From positions 10,835 through 74,834 of the forward strand of contig JBAXKC010000006.1 of NCBI GenBank assembly GCA_037137535.1: a stretch of 64,000 bases of DNA, given 5' to 3'. A model generated the notes under the pieces. The model was given only the letters and a program-made list of their open reading frames with translations, was not told the DNA's origin and did no database searches. A program made the translations under genes and the position numbers. This document shows positions 1 through 10,836 of this stretch, piece after piece. Source of the stretch: a bacterium (GTDB lineage: Bacteria; Cyanobacteriota; Vampirovibrionia; Gastranaerophilales; JBAXKC01). Within the stretch, counting starts at the first letter, position 1. The number at the start of each line of letters is the position of its first letter.

Positions 1-16
1 ATTAACTAATAAAAAT

Positions 17-610
17 TTGACTGGTAATATTAAAAATATACTTAAATCTATGCCAATTCCTGAGAGTAAAACAAATATCAGTAAAAAAATATTTACTAAA
101 GATGGAATTAAGTACACAAAAGATATTCTTGAGGATTTAAGTTTTTCTATAGGTGGAATTATTGCAGGTATTGTCGGCGGTCAAGCCATCGAGAAAGCTT
201 GTCCGATTAAAAAGAATAATATAAATTTTGCAAAATTAGATCCTGATTTAGAATTTTTATCAAATGCTGAAAATAGCTGGGATGGAACAGCAAAAGGATA
301 TACTTTTAACGGTGTTAAATTTGCAAGTAAATTCAATGCTCCAATGGCAACATTAGCAGGATATTCAATAGCTAAGCAAGATGGTATGAAAAATAAAATT
401 AAAGCCTCTGTTTATGAAGTTGTTGCAAATATAGCAATTCCAACAATGTTTATTCTTCCTACTTCAATGTTAGTTAAAAATCTTTCTAAGACAAAACAGT
501 TTATTGTAATACTTCCTGTTGCTCTTATGAGTTATTTTACAGGTGGAATTATCGGTACTAAGGTGAATGATAAACTTTTTAAAGATAAAGTCCAAGCAAA
601 AACAAAATAG
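17..610 (+). CDS. Hypothetical membrane protein, probably 5'-truncated by the window edge
   Basis: The frame stays open back to position 2. Several Gly-rich hydrophobic segments (IGGIIAGIVGG; VVANIAIPTMFILP; FIVILPVALMSYFTGGIIG). No recognised family. Confidence 0.65.
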   Translation: MTGNIKNILKSMPIPESKTNISKKIFTKDGIKYTKDILEDLSFSIGGIIAGIVGGQAIEKACPIKKNNINFAKLDPDLEFLSNAENSWDGTAKGYTFNGVKFASKFNAPMATLAGYSIAKQDGMKNKIKASVYEVVANIAIPTMFILPTSMLVKNLSKTKQFIVILPVALMSYFTGGIIGTKVNDKLFKDKVQAKTK

Positions 611-709
611 ATTTTTTAGTTGCTGATTATCTGTTGTAATGGTTGTAAGCTTGATTTACAATCATTCTTGTATTTAAAATCCAATAAACATCAATAACGG
701 AGAACAATA

Positions 710-3700
710 ATGCCCCAACTCACCAGAGGCCATGCAGGAAGTGGTAAGACTCAAAAATTAATAGAAGATGTTTATGGATTATTAGAAACCATAAGTCCCT
801 ATCAAGTATTGGTTTTAGCTCTTACTCCCAGCCAAAAGCAAGAGTTGATAACCTTAAACCATAATAAAAAGAGTTCAAAATATCTCAATATTTGGTCGGT
901 TGATGAATTATATAAATATATTCTGAAAAAATCTCCTTTGCATTTGGAGAGTAAAACCTTGTCGGATTCTCTTGCGATAAATATAATTGGGGCTATTTGT
1001 AAGAGTGAATTTATTCAAAATAATGCTCTTAACAGTTTGACTAAGTCTAATGCTTTCTTTAGAGAGTTATATAACCTTTTTGGGTTGTTTAAAAACAATG
1101 AAATAGCCTGTGAAGAGATAGATAAAGCCGTTGATGAAGCAGATATAACAAATACGGACAAAATTAGACTTCGCATAATCTCAACCGTTTTTAAACGTTA
1201 TAATGAAACATTAAAGCAATTTAATTATCTTGATTATAGAGATTCAGTTATAGCTTCTATTAAGGCACTTGAAGAGAATAAAATTCTTTTAGATACATTG
1301 AAATCAAGGTTTAGCCATATTTTTATAGACGGTTTTGAAGATATAACTTATTTACAGTTCAAGTTGATAAAATTAATAACTAATCCAGAAAATTTTAATA
1401 TTTACGGTGACGAATTTTCAAGAATACAGGAATTTAGAGGAGCGTGGAAAGATAGTTTAATTCTTGATTCACTGAAAGAACATTTTGGTGATATTAAAGT
1501 TACTAATTTAGAATCAGCTCAAAGAAATGCTGAAATATTGCAAAGAGCAATTTGCCTTGTTAAAAAATATAATAATGAAGAACAAAATCATGAGTTTGAA
1601 AAAGCTGAAAGTATTAAATATATTGAGTTTGAAGATATTCAAGCCGAGGTCTCATACATTGCAGATGAGATTTTAGATAAAATCAAAAATGAAAGCCTTA
1701 ATTTCTCTGATTTTTCGATTTTAATAAGAGATTATGAGTCTAAACAAAAATTTATCGATCTTTTTAAAACGTACGGTATTCCAATAAATAGCGAATTATA
1801 CAATGAAGATTATCAGAATTTTAGATTAAAACTTACAAGGTATCTCAATGTATGTAATATTTGTGAAAAGCTCGGAATTAAAGAGTTTTCGCAAGAGAGT
1901 TTTGCTGAAATAAACATAAATTCACGAGCAGAACTTGAATTTATGTTTTCTGAATTAAATTTTTATATTGAAAATATTATATCTGAAGTATTAAAAGACC
2001 ATTACGCAAAAGACCGCTTTCTAAATATTCTTGAGGAATTTAAAAAGCCATCTTTGGTGAATGTGATATATGAAAACATTAGTATTCTAAAAGAAGATGA
2101 TAAAAAAACTATTTTAGATGAATTTGCAGATTTGAATAAAATTTATCAGAATTATAAAGAAAATAAATTTTTTGAACTTGTAGTTTTTGTGGCAAAAAAA
2201 GAACGTGAATTACTTAATAATGTTGAATTTAATACTATTTTTAGTAAACTTTTAACAAAAATAAATGAATTATGTGATATGTATTCAAACGTAATAAAAC
2301 AACGAGTGGATTTTAATACGATTAATGAGCTAATAAATTTATCATTTGAAGAACAATCTGATATGCAAAACTCTGTAAATCTTTTGACTTTCTTTAAAAC
2401 AGGCGGTTTAGAGTTTGAATACGTTTATATTCCTTGTCTTACAGAAAATAATTTCCCTAAGAAATCTAAATCAACATATTTTATTTCGCCTGATGCAAAT
2501 GAAAAACTTTCTACTTTGCTTAGAAAGTCAAATATAAACTTCAAAAATCTTATAGAGCTTGATGAAGAGGGAATTGAAGAAGAATCAAGGCTTTTTTATC
2601 TTGGAATGACAAGAGCAAAAACAAAATTACTTATTTCTACGCATAAATATGAGGAAAAAAAACAGGTTCAGCCGTCAATTTTCTTTCAAATGCTTGTAGA
2701 TAAAGATAATAAAAATTTTATTCAGTATGAAGCCGACAACGTCAAAAATATTGATAGTTTTAATTTTAATACGCAAGAAACAGAAAAAATTGAAAAATTA
2801 AAGGTAATTGACGAAAATGAGATTTTAAAACTTAATCCTTCCTCAATTGGGAATTTTCTGTCTTGTCCCAGAAAATTTTATTATAAAAATTTATTGAACT
2901 TAAAAGAAAAAAGTAATTTTTCAGCAAGTTATGGCTCGATTGTTCATGCGGTTTTAGAAGTTTTTAATAATAGCTGTCTTGATAAATATAATAAAGAAAA
3001 CCTGTTAAAACTCACTGATGTTTTATTTGAGAGTAAAAATAAACCTGAATCTGCAATTAATATTGGATTTAAAGAAAGAGATATCGAACTTATAACAGCT
3101 TCGGAGGATTTAAATCTTGCTGAAATGAAAGCGAATTTTTATGATGCTGTTGATAACTTAGAATTAAACAATTTTTTTAATGAAATTCCTGAAAAAATAT
3201 TTACTGAAAAAGGTTTTGAATATACTCTTGAAGAGCTTAAAAATGTTTTATTTGACGGAAGAGTTGACGCAATTTATAAATATGACGAATCTTATTGCGT
3301 TTTTGATTATAAAACAGGAAAAAACAAGAAAAAACCTCTTAGTTATTATTTGAGTGATTATGGTGTGAATTTTGAGGGTGATTATAAACAATATAAGGGA
3401 GTTTTTAACGAAAAAAACATTGCTTCATATGAATATCAAATTCCTCTATATTATCTCGCCTGCCAAAATTCTAAAGAACTTGAATCCTTTAAAGATAAGG
3501 TCGAAGTGCTGGGGTTAAAATATATCCGCCCAATCACCAAAGATGACGGATATAAAGAAGATTTGATAACTTCCTCTGAAATTGAAACGCGTAGAGAAAA
3601 ACTTATTAATAATCTTAAAGAAACTGTTGTTGATAAAATAAGAACAGAAGCAGAGTTTAAAAAAATAGATACAGGCTGGAATTGCGCTAACTGTTCATTT

Positions 3701-3748
3701 GGTTTTCTATGCGATAAAGAAGAGGGCAATGATGAAGACGAAGAATAA
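710..3748 (+). CDS. UvrD-like helicase-fold plus PD-(D/E)XK nuclease subunit (AdnA/AddB-like), probably ATPase-degenerate
   Basis: Walker A GHAGSGKT; degenerate Walker B FIDGFED; motif VI EESRLFYLGMTRAK; RecB-type nuclease GRVD...FDYKTG...QIPLY; four Cys (SCPRKFYY and CANCSFGFLC). Confidence 0.85.
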   Translation: MPQLTRGHAGSGKTQKLIEDVYGLLETISPYQVLVLALTPSQKQELITLNHNKKSSKYLNIWSVDELYKYILKKSPLHLESKTLSDSLAINIIGAICKSEFIQNNALNSLTKSNAFFRELYNLFGLFKNNEIACEEIDKAVDEADITNTDKIRLRIISTVFKRYNETLKQFNYLDYRDSVIASIKALEENKILLDTLKSRFSHIFIDGFEDITYLQFKLIKLITNPENFNIYGDEFSRIQEFRGAWKDSLILDSLKEHFGDIKVTNLESAQRNAEILQRAICLVKKYNNEEQNHEFEKAESIKYIEFEDIQAEVSYIADEILDKIKNESLNFSDFSILIRDYESKQKFIDLFKTYGIPINSELYNEDYQNFRLKLTRYLNVCNICEKLGIKEFSQESFAEININSRAELEFMFSELNFYIENIISEVLKDHYAKDRFLNILEEFKKPSLVNVIYENISILKEDDKKTILDEFADLNKIYQNYKENKFFELVVFVAKKERELLNNVEFNTIFSKLLTKINELCDMYSNVIKQRVDFNTINELINLSFEEQSDMQNSVNLLTFFKTGGLEFEYVYIPCLTENNFPKKSKSTYFISPDANEKLSTLLRKSNINFKNLIELDEEGIEEESRLFYLGMTRAKTKLLISTHKYEEKKQVQPSIFFQMLVDKDNKNFIQYEADNVKNIDSFNFNTQETEKIEKLKVIDENEILKLNPSSIGNFLSCPRKFYYKNLLNLKEKSNFSASYGSIVHAVLEVFNNSCLDKYNKENLLKLTDVLFESKNKPESAINIGFKERDIELITASEDLNLAEMKANFYDAVDNLELNNFFNEIPEKIFTEKGFEYTLEELKNVLFDGRVDAIYKYDESYCVFDYKTGKNKKKPLSYYLSDYGVNFEGDYKQYKGVFNEKNIASYEYQIPLYYLACQNSKELESFKDKVEVLGLKYIRPITKDDGYKEDLITSSEIETRREKLINNLKETVVDKIRTEAEFKKIDTGWNCANCSFGFLCDKEEGNDEDEE

Positions 3749-6700
3749 AATCGACATAACCGAAGGATTAAATGAACAACAGAAACAAGCTGTTTTAAAT
3801 CCGATTAATCATTGCACAAAAATAGTTGCAGGAGCAGGAACAGGCAAAACTAAGATTATATCTAAGCGATTCGTTAAACTTGTTAATGATTTGATTGATG
3901 AAAACATTGAAAATCCTGCTACAAGGCTTCTTGTAATAACTTTTACAGACAAAGCCGCTAATGAAATGAAAGGGCGGATTGTTCAAGAGCTAAAAGGCAA
4001 TAATATCGATTGTTTGGGGCAAGATTTATGGATTTCTACTTTTCATAGTTTTTGTAGCAGAATTTTAAGAAAACATTCCATTGAGGTCAATCTTTCGCCA
4101 TCTCTAAAAATGGGCGAAGAAAAACAGCTAAAAGATATATTTGACAATATTATAAAGAAAATCAAATATGATGAAGTCAATACAATTGAGGGCTTTGAAG
4201 AAACAGCTACATCATTAGATTTGACAACAGAGCTTTTAAGCATTAATAGCATTAATAAACTCAGTAAAATTAATGATTTAGATATTATATTTGATGATAT
4301 TTTTTCTGTAATTAAAAAGATAAAATCACTTGGTATTGAGGCAAAAGAATTTCTTGAAAAGTCGACAATATCAATAAAAAACTATTCACAAACAATAAAA
4401 ACACTTCCATTCCATTTAGAGTCTAAAGATGATTTTATAATTGAATGGGAAAAGCACTTAAATGCATATTCAGACGATTTTTGCCAATTTGAAAACTATA
4501 TAATGAATGCAAAAGGCAAAGAAGAAGATAAGGGCGCTTTTCAAGCTATTGCCGCTGCAAAACTGATTTTAGACAAGCAGGGTAAATCTAAAGCAGCTTT
4601 TTGGGTTGAAGCAGCTGCTTTTCCTCAAAATATTGACAAAATAGAAGAAATTGAGCTTCATTTTACTAAAATTGTTGCATTAATTTATGCTGTTTATCAA
4701 AAGGAGCTTGAAAAACTTGATTTAGTTGATTTTGACGATCTTATAAATAAAACTATTCAAATATTAAAGCAAAATGAAGTAATCAGATTATATTATCAGA
4801 AATTGTTTAAACATCTTATTATAGATGAGTTTCAAGATACTAACGGCTCTCAGCTCGAGCTAATAAAACTTTTGATTGATAATAATGAAGCTAATGTTAC
4901 TTTTGTAGGTGATAGAAAGCAGTCTATATATGGGTTTCGATTTGCTCAAATGGAAAATCTTGAAGTTTTACATAATCATGTCGAGAAAAAATACAAAAAG
5001 AAATATCCTGAAATAAAACTTATTACAAATTATCGCTCAACACCGCATGTTTTAGATGCGGTAAACCATGTAACGACAGATGCTCTTACTCTTGACGAAA
5101 AACTATTTGAAAATCCTTATAAAACCTATGATTTGAAAAATAAACACGTTAAAACTACTACATTAAGTGGTTTTGATGATGCCCAAAGTCATAAGACAGC
5201 TGAAGCAAAATATATTGCAAGTGAAATTATAAGACTTAAAAAAGAAGAAACTGCAAAATTCAAAGATATTGCAATACTTGTTAAATCTCACTCGCAGGCT
5301 GAAATAATCGAAAAACAACTCACAGAAGCAGGTATTCCTTCAATTAAAAAAGTAAACACAGGCTTTTTTCTCAATCCTATAATTAGAAATGTCACAGCAT
5401 TACTAAGATTGGCAAAAAATATTCGTGATGAGATTGCTTTAACAAGGATTTTAAATATAAATCTCTCTGATAGAGAATTATATAAACTAAAAATTGAAGC
5501 AGATAAAGAAGTCCTTAAAACAAAAGAGTTTAATGAACTTAGAAAACTTAATTTAGCTGAAAAACTGACCTATATTAAAGAAAGTGATCTTCTTAGTTAT
5601 CTTAATATAGATGAAAATACTAAATCTTACTTAAATGTGATTTTTGAAACGCTTATTGCAATTACCAAGCAAAAAAACACCTTATCACTTTTGCAGATTT
5701 ATTATAAATTGATAAATGAAATTAAACCTTATCATAACCTTATGGGGGTTGAGCAGTACAGGGCAGAGCTTAATTTAAGGATTTTTGAGAAGATAATTGC
5801 TGATTTTATGCAAGGTGAAAACTATGTAAGTATAAGCAGTTTCCTTGAATATATTGATAAAATAAAAGATGATAGAAGTTTTGAGTTGCCTATTCTAGCA
5901 GTTAAAGATATTGATGCTGTTCAGATTATAACTGTTCACGCCAGTAAGGGGCTTGAGTTTTCTTATACCTTTGTAACCAGTATTTCCACAAGTTCAAAAG
6001 GCGGAAGTGATTCAGCAACTGTTTCTTTTGATCTTCAATATGGAAACAAACCCGGATTTGGAATAATTGTACATAAATTTGAAGGAAAGCCAACACCAAA
6101 AGCACTTTTATATAAAGAAATATGGAAAAAACCTAGAGAAAAAAATGAAGCGCTTAGATTGTTTTATGTTGCAGTAAGTAGAGCAGAGAAGTATCTGAAT
6201 ATTTTAAATTTTGAACCTTATAAAACCTCAAAACCTGCTGAATATACAATAAATTTTCCTATGACTATATTAAATGAAAAAATTGATAGTGAAGAAATTA
6301 TTATTGAGAAGCAAGAGTTAAATCACTATTCACTTGCAGAAGCTACTAAAATTATTGATGCTAAGGTTGAAATTCCAATAATTAATCAGACTGATTATAA
6401 AATGAGTTTCAGTCAGATATATGCGTTTAACCATTGCTCAAATAAATATTTATTTAAATATAAATACAGATATCCCGAATATGCTGTTGAAAAAGAATCT
6501 TCTGTTATTGGAAGTATCGTTCATAATTTAATTTATAGCAGTTATCTTAATAATAAAGTCTTTAAACAATCGGATATTCCTGATTTTTTATCGGGTCTTT
6601 CACCTAATAGCAAAGATTTAACAAGAATAAACAGTTTATATTCTTCATTTTTAAACTCTGATTATTCTCCCGAAAAATTAGCTGCAAAAGAAATATTTCC

Positions 6701-7103
6701 TGAACGAAGTTTTAATTTTACTCATGTCGTTAAAGGTAAAAATATTGAATTTACAGGAGATATAGATCTTTTAATTAAACATTTGGATAATACATATTCA
6801 ATTATTGATTTTAAAACCAATAAAAATATAGAAAAGTCGCTTTTTGATTATTATAAACAGCTTTATTTGTATAAAATGGCTTTAATTAATGAGGGCTTAA
6901 AAATTAATGAGTTGAAAATTATTAATCTCACAGAAGATAAAACTAAAATTTTCGAGCCAAAAGATAAAGAATTAATTCAAGTTAAAACTGTTTTTGAGGA
7001 AGAAATAAATAACATTATTAATTTATCCTGCAATCCGTTATGTCTAAAGAAAGATAATGACGAAAAATGTTATGATTGCGGCTATAGTTATTTATGCCCT
7101 TGA
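3732..7103 (+). CDS. UvrD/SF1 ATP-dependent helicase plus PD-(D/E)XK nuclease (AdnB/AddA-like)
   Basis: Q motif LNEQQ, AGAGTGKT, ITFTDKAA, STFHSF, IIDEFQDT, VGDRKQSIYGFR, NYRS, TVHASKGLEF, LFYVAVSRA; nuclease GDID...IDFKT...QLYLY; Cys in HCSNKY and CYDCGYSYLC. Start moved from 3699 to the ATG after GAGGG; overlaps the upstream gene. Confidence 0.9.
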   Translation: MKTKNKIDITEGLNEQQKQAVLNPINHCTKIVAGAGTGKTKIISKRFVKLVNDLIDENIENPATRLLVITFTDKAANEMKGRIVQELKGNNIDCLGQDLWISTFHSFCSRILRKHSIEVNLSPSLKMGEEKQLKDIFDNIIKKIKYDEVNTIEGFEETATSLDLTTELLSINSINKLSKINDLDIIFDDIFSVIKKIKSLGIEAKEFLEKSTISIKNYSQTIKTLPFHLESKDDFIIEWEKHLNAYSDDFCQFENYIMNAKGKEEDKGAFQAIAAAKLILDKQGKSKAAFWVEAAAFPQNIDKIEEIELHFTKIVALIYAVYQKELEKLDLVDFDDLINKTIQILKQNEVIRLYYQKLFKHLIIDEFQDTNGSQLELIKLLIDNNEANVTFVGDRKQSIYGFRFAQMENLEVLHNHVEKKYKKKYPEIKLITNYRSTPHVLDAVNHVTTDALTLDEKLFENPYKTYDLKNKHVKTTTLSGFDDAQSHKTAEAKYIASEIIRLKKEETAKFKDIAILVKSHSQAEIIEKQLTEAGIPSIKKVNTGFFLNPIIRNVTALLRLAKNIRDEIALTRILNINLSDRELYKLKIEADKEVLKTKEFNELRKLNLAEKLTYIKESDLLSYLNIDENTKSYLNVIFETLIAITKQKNTLSLLQIYYKLINEIKPYHNLMGVEQYRAELNLRIFEKIIADFMQGENYVSISSFLEYIDKIKDDRSFELPILAVKDIDAVQIITVHASKGLEFSYTFVTSISTSSKGGSDSATVSFDLQYGNKPGFGIIVHKFEGKPTPKALLYKEIWKKPREKNEALRLFYVAVSRAEKYLNILNFEPYKTSKPAEYTINFPMTILNEKIDSEEIIIEKQELNHYSLAEATKIIDAKVEIPIINQTDYKMSFSQIYAFNHCSNKYLFKYKYRYPEYAVEKESSVIGSIVHNLIYSSYLNNKVFKQSDIPDFLSGLSPNSKDLTRINSLYSSFLNSDYSPEKLAAKEIFPERSFNFTHVVKGKNIEFTGDIDLLIKHLDNTYSIIDFKTNKNIEKSLFDYYKQLYLYKMALINEGLKINELKIINLTEDKTKIFEPKDKELIQVKTVFEEEINNIINLSCNPLCLKKDNDEKCYDCGYSYLCP

Positions 7104-7104
7104 T

Positions 7105-7527
7105 TTATTTAAGAAATTCGTCAAAAGTTTTTTCGGGATTGATTTTAAACCCGCAATAATCAGGTAATTGAACTCCCCACTTGACTTTATAATGAGGGTA
7201 TTTTCTGCACATTTTTAATCTGTTCTTATAATCTGTACAAAGTCCGTCTTTGCCTATTAAATTACAGGCAAATATAAAATTACCTTGTTCGTCCTTATCG
7301 ACAATATTAAAGCGTTTATATTTCGGAAAAAACTTTTTCATTAACTTGAAATCATCTTCTTCGTAAGTGTCAAAGCTATACATTCGTCTGCAACATTCAC
7401 CACATTTTTTACAATTGCCCGTAATTGAGTAATTGACTTTTTGTGGCACAAATAACGACCAAAGTTCATAGTAAAAAACTTTGAAGCTATCTATTATTTT
7501 TTTGAAAATAAAACTTAATATATTCAT
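7105..7527 (-). CDS. YkgJ family cysteine-cluster (putative Zn/Fe-S) protein
   Basis: CKKCGECC...ACNL...LCTDYKNRLKMCRKYP pattern. Start uncertain (ORF track 7575, ATG at 7527). Confidence 0.8.
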   Translation of the reverse strand: MNILSFIFKKIIDSFKVFYYELWSLFVPQKVNYSITGNCKKCGECCRRMYSFDTYEEDDFKLMKKFFPKYKRFNIVDKDEQGNFIFACNLIGKDGLCTDYKNRLKMCRKYPHYKVKWGVQLPDYCGFKINPEKTFDEFLK

Positions 7528-7694
7528 AAAATTTACAAAACTATAATTATCCTTTAAAATAAGAGCTATTCTCAAAAAAACCTTATAATATATATTGTAT
7601 CAAAAGTCATCTACATCATTTAATGGATGAAACAATACTAAAGTTTTAAATATTATTATTATACCAACATTTTAAAATTGGAGTTGTTTTTATA

Positions 7695-8258
7695 GTGAGA
7701 GCAAAAATATTATCAATTTTCTTGATAGTCTTATCAGTAGTTAGCCTTATATTTAACTTCCAAAATGTGGCCAATGCACAAAAAACGCTTATTGGTCCGA
7801 CTTTGGGCGGTATTTCATCAGGTTATGGAATGAGAGTTCATCCTATATCAGGACATTCAAAATTTCACTATGGAATAGATATTGCATCTCCATACGGTTC
7901 ACCAATTTATGCGCTACAAGAAGGTATAGTTACTTTTGCAGGTGAAAGTGGCGGTTATGGTACTTGTATAAGAATCGATCATTTTTATCAGGATGTGCCT
8001 CAAATACCTAGAGTTGAAATTACATACGGGCATAATTCTGTAAACTTTGTAAAAAGAGGTGATTATGTCAGGCCCGGCATGGTTGTCGGGCTTGTAGGCT
8101 CAACAGGTAATTCAACAGGACCGCATTTGCATTTTGAAGTCAAATATAAAGGAAGTACTTTAGATCCTATTGAATATTTAACAAAACTCCCGTCTTATCT
8201 TGACTATGTCGCTCAAGTAAGAGCAAGTAGGTCAAATGGATATTCCAGATATAGATAA
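7695..8258 (+). CDS. M23 family metallopeptidase with signal peptide
   Basis: HYGID (HxxxD), YGH, GSTGNSTGPHLHFEV (HxH); hydrophobic N-terminus. Confidence 0.92.
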   Translation: MRAKILSIFLIVLSVVSLIFNFQNVANAQKTLIGPTLGGISSGYGMRVHPISGHSKFHYGIDIASPYGSPIYALQEGIVTFAGESGGYGTCIRIDHFYQDVPQIPRVEITYGHNSVNFVKRGDYVRPGMVVGLVGSTGNSTGPHLHFEVKYKGSTLDPIEYLTKLPSYLDYVAQVRASRSNGYSRYR

Positions 8259-8276
8259 TTGATGAATTATTATAAT

Positions 8277-8310
8277 AACCGCCTTGCTTACTTTGAAAAG
8301 GCGGTTTTTT
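8277..8310 (+). terminator. Rho-independent terminator
   Basis: AACCGCCTT / AAGGCGGTT stem followed by a T run, just after the M23 stop. Confidence 0.8.
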
Positions 8311-8363
8311 AGTGCTATATTAAAGTAGAAAATGCTAAGCTTAATATATAACTGAGGTTTAAA

Positions 8364-10481
8364 ATGCATAAATCATCACAAAAAGGAAACGTATTAGTTG
8401 CAATGGTCATTATAATTGCGTTTCTACTTGCTTCAATGGCCGCAGCCGCTTTTTATTTTAATTCTCTTCCTCCTATTTCACAGTTGAAAAATTATCAGCC
8501 TACTTTTATGTCTGAAATAGTTTCAAGTGATGGAAAAGTTATTAAAACCTTCGGCGCATTAAAGTATAAAAAGACTACGATTGATGAAATTCCTGTCAAC
8601 TTAAAAGAAGCTATTATAGCAACTGAAGACAAGAATTTTTATCATCATATCGGATTTGATCCTTTAGCCCTTGTAAGATCAACCCTTTCAAACCTTAGAG
8701 CAGGGCATGTTGTTCAAGGTGCCAGTACAATCACTCAACAGCTTGCCAGAATATTGTTTTTATCAACAGAAAAAACAATGGATAGAAAAGTAAAAGAGCT
8801 TATAATCGCTTACAGGCTAGAAAAATCTTTACCGAAAGATAAAATTCTTGAAATGTACTTGAATAATGTATATTTGGGTGAAGGAGCTTATGGAGTAGCT
8901 TCAGCATCAGATATTTATTTCAATAAAAGTGCAGAAAAGCTTAACTTGGCTGAATGTGCTTTGATTGCAGGTTTACCTCAGGCTCCGTCTGTATATTCTC
9001 CTTTCCAGAATATGGATTTGGCAAAACAAAGAAGGCATCAAGTTCTTGAGCGTATGGTGAAAATGAACTTTATTACAGAAGCTCAAGCAGAAGAAGCAAA
9101 TAATGCACCTGTTCACTTGAGTCAAAATCATAGACCTTCTGCAATTAATAGAGCTCCTTATTTCGCAGATTATGCGATGAAAGAGCTTAGAGATGAAATT
9201 GGAATAACCGAACAAGAAATAATTCAGGGTGGTTATAAGATTTTCACTACCTTAGATTATAAAGCACAATTAGAAGCTCAAAAAAGTATAAGAGATAATC
9301 TTTCTAAATGGGGATTAACAAGACATTCAGATGAAGCCTCATTTGTTTCTCTTGATTCAGCTACAGGAAAAATTCTTGCGTACTTAGGCGGAAAAGATTA
9401 TGACATAAGCCAATATGACAGAGCTTCTCAATCAATAAGACAGCCTGGTTCAGCGTTTAAAGTTCTTGTTTACATTACTGCAATCGAAAGAGGGTTAAAG
9501 CCTGATTCACTATATGACGACAGACCTTTAACCATAGGCAATTGGTCGCCACACAATTATAGCCATAGATACAGAGGTAAAATAAAATTATCTGATGCAC
9601 TTGCATTTTCTTCAAACGTTGTTGCCGTAAGACTTATAACTGATCTTGGCGTTGATAGCGTAATCAGCATGGCTAGAAGACTTGGATTAACAACACCGAT
9701 TGCAACTGATCCTACTATTGCATTAGGTTCAAGTGGTGTTAAAAATATAGAGATGACTACTGCGTATGGAGTTCTTGCAAATGGTGGAATAAGAGTAAAA
9801 CCTCACGCTATTGAAAGAATTGAAACCGCTAACGGACAGGTAATATATGAAGCATCTAATGTCGGAGAAAGAGTTTTAAGTCCTGAAACCGTATCCCAAG
9901 TTGTACAAATGATGAAAGGTGTCATGAAAAAAGGTACAGCCAGATCAGCCAATCTTGGAAGACCTTGTGCCGGTAAAACAGGCACGACAGATAGTTATAA
10001 AGATGCATGGTTTATAGGATTTACTCCTGAAGTTGTTACAGGTGTATGGGTTGGAAATGATAATAATGCCCAACATCATGGATTAACAGGGGGGACTGCT
10101 CCTGCTGCTATATGGAAAGAATACATGACTTCAGTTATGGCAAATAAACCTGTTACTGACTTCACAAATCCTGGAGTTCCTATAACTGCTAATAACAAGG
10201 TTCAGCAAGACACTTCAATGCAGGATTTACAGAATTTTGAAAATAGTAACCCAGCTGAAAGTGTTCCTGCTAATTCAGTTAATCCTGAAACAGTTGATGT
10301 GAATAATGCTGATGTAAATGAAAATTACAATAATAACTCCTCTCAAGGCAGCAGTGCTCCAGTTCCACAGGCTAGACCTCAGCAGACAAAAACGATTCAG
10401 CAACCTAAAGTCCAATATAATCAGCCTAGCACTACTGTTGGGCCACCAGTTCCCGAGAGTACAGACAATTCGGAAAACTAA
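8364..10481 (+). CDS. Class A penicillin-binding protein (PBP1A family)
   Basis: N-terminal TM; GT51 motifs EDKNFYHH, GASTITQQL, RKVKE, YLN; transpeptidase SAFK, SSN, KTG; low-complexity C-tail. Confidence 0.95.
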   Translation: MHKSSQKGNVLVAMVIIIAFLLASMAAAAFYFNSLPPISQLKNYQPTFMSEIVSSDGKVIKTFGALKYKKTTIDEIPVNLKEAIIATEDKNFYHHIGFDPLALVRSTLSNLRAGHVVQGASTITQQLARILFLSTEKTMDRKVKELIIAYRLEKSLPKDKILEMYLNNVYLGEGAYGVASASDIYFNKSAEKLNLAECALIAGLPQAPSVYSPFQNMDLAKQRRHQVLERMVKMNFITEAQAEEANNAPVHLSQNHRPSAINRAPYFADYAMKELRDEIGITEQEIIQGGYKIFTTLDYKAQLEAQKSIRDNLSKWGLTRHSDEASFVSLDSATGKILAYLGGKDYDISQYDRASQSIRQPGSAFKVLVYITAIERGLKPDSLYDDRPLTIGNWSPHNYSHRYRGKIKLSDALAFSSNVVAVRLITDLGVDSVISMARRLGLTTPIATDPTIALGSSGVKNIEMTTAYGVLANGGIRVKPHAIERIETANGQVIYEASNVGERVLSPETVSQVVQMMKGVMKKGTARSANLGRPCAGKTGTTDSYKDAWFIGFTPEVVTGVWVGNDNNAQHHGLTGGTAPAAIWKEYMTSVMANKPVTDFTNPGVPITANNKVQQDTSMQDLQNFENSNPAESVPANSVNPETVDVNNADVNENYNNNSSQGSSAPVPQARPQQTKTIQQPKVQYNQPSTTVGPPVPESTDNSEN

Positions 10482-10496
10482 AACAATACATAATAA

Positions 10497-10526
10497 AATA
10501 AAGCGGGATGTAAGTCCCGCTTTATT
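10497..10526. terminator. Bidirectional terminator
   Basis: Perfect inverted repeat AATAAAGCGGGA / TCCCGCTTTATT between convergent genes. Confidence 0.8.
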
Positions 10527-10543
10527 CGTTATAAGAAAAAAAT

Positions 10544-10813
10544 TTAATTGTTTGCGTTTTCAGATTCTTTTGCAATAGCTTCCTGTACTTTTTTTAATAG
10601 ATCATCTCCTTTTTTTTGAATTTCATCCATTACATCAGAAGCCTTTGCTTGTAAATCTTTTAAAGATGACTCTGTATTTGCTTTAACATCGCCGGATGTT
10701 TTTGCTATCAGGTCTCTAGTTTCTTCACCTGATCTCGGTGCAAGAATTACACCAAAAACACCGCCTACTAATCCACCAATTACGAAACCTGCTAAGAATT
10801 TTCCTACTGACAT
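10544..10813 (-). CDS. YtxH domain-containing protein
   Basis: FLAGFVIGGLVGGVFGVILAPRSGEETR signature followed by an amphipathic helix; AGGAG RBS. Confidence 0.88.
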   Translation of the reverse strand: MSVGKFLAGFVIGGLVGGVFGVILAPRSGEETRDLIAKTSGDVKANTESSLKDLQAKASDVMDEIQKKGDDLLKKVQEAIAKESENANN

Positions 10814-10836
10814 AGTATACTCCTTATATTTATGTA

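Noticed and set aside
2800-7103. Cas4 nuclease or a CRISPR/defence system
   Set aside because: The Cys-stapled PD-(D/E)XK domains are fused to UvrD folds as in AddAB/AdnAB; no repeat-spacer array or other cas genes were seen in the window.
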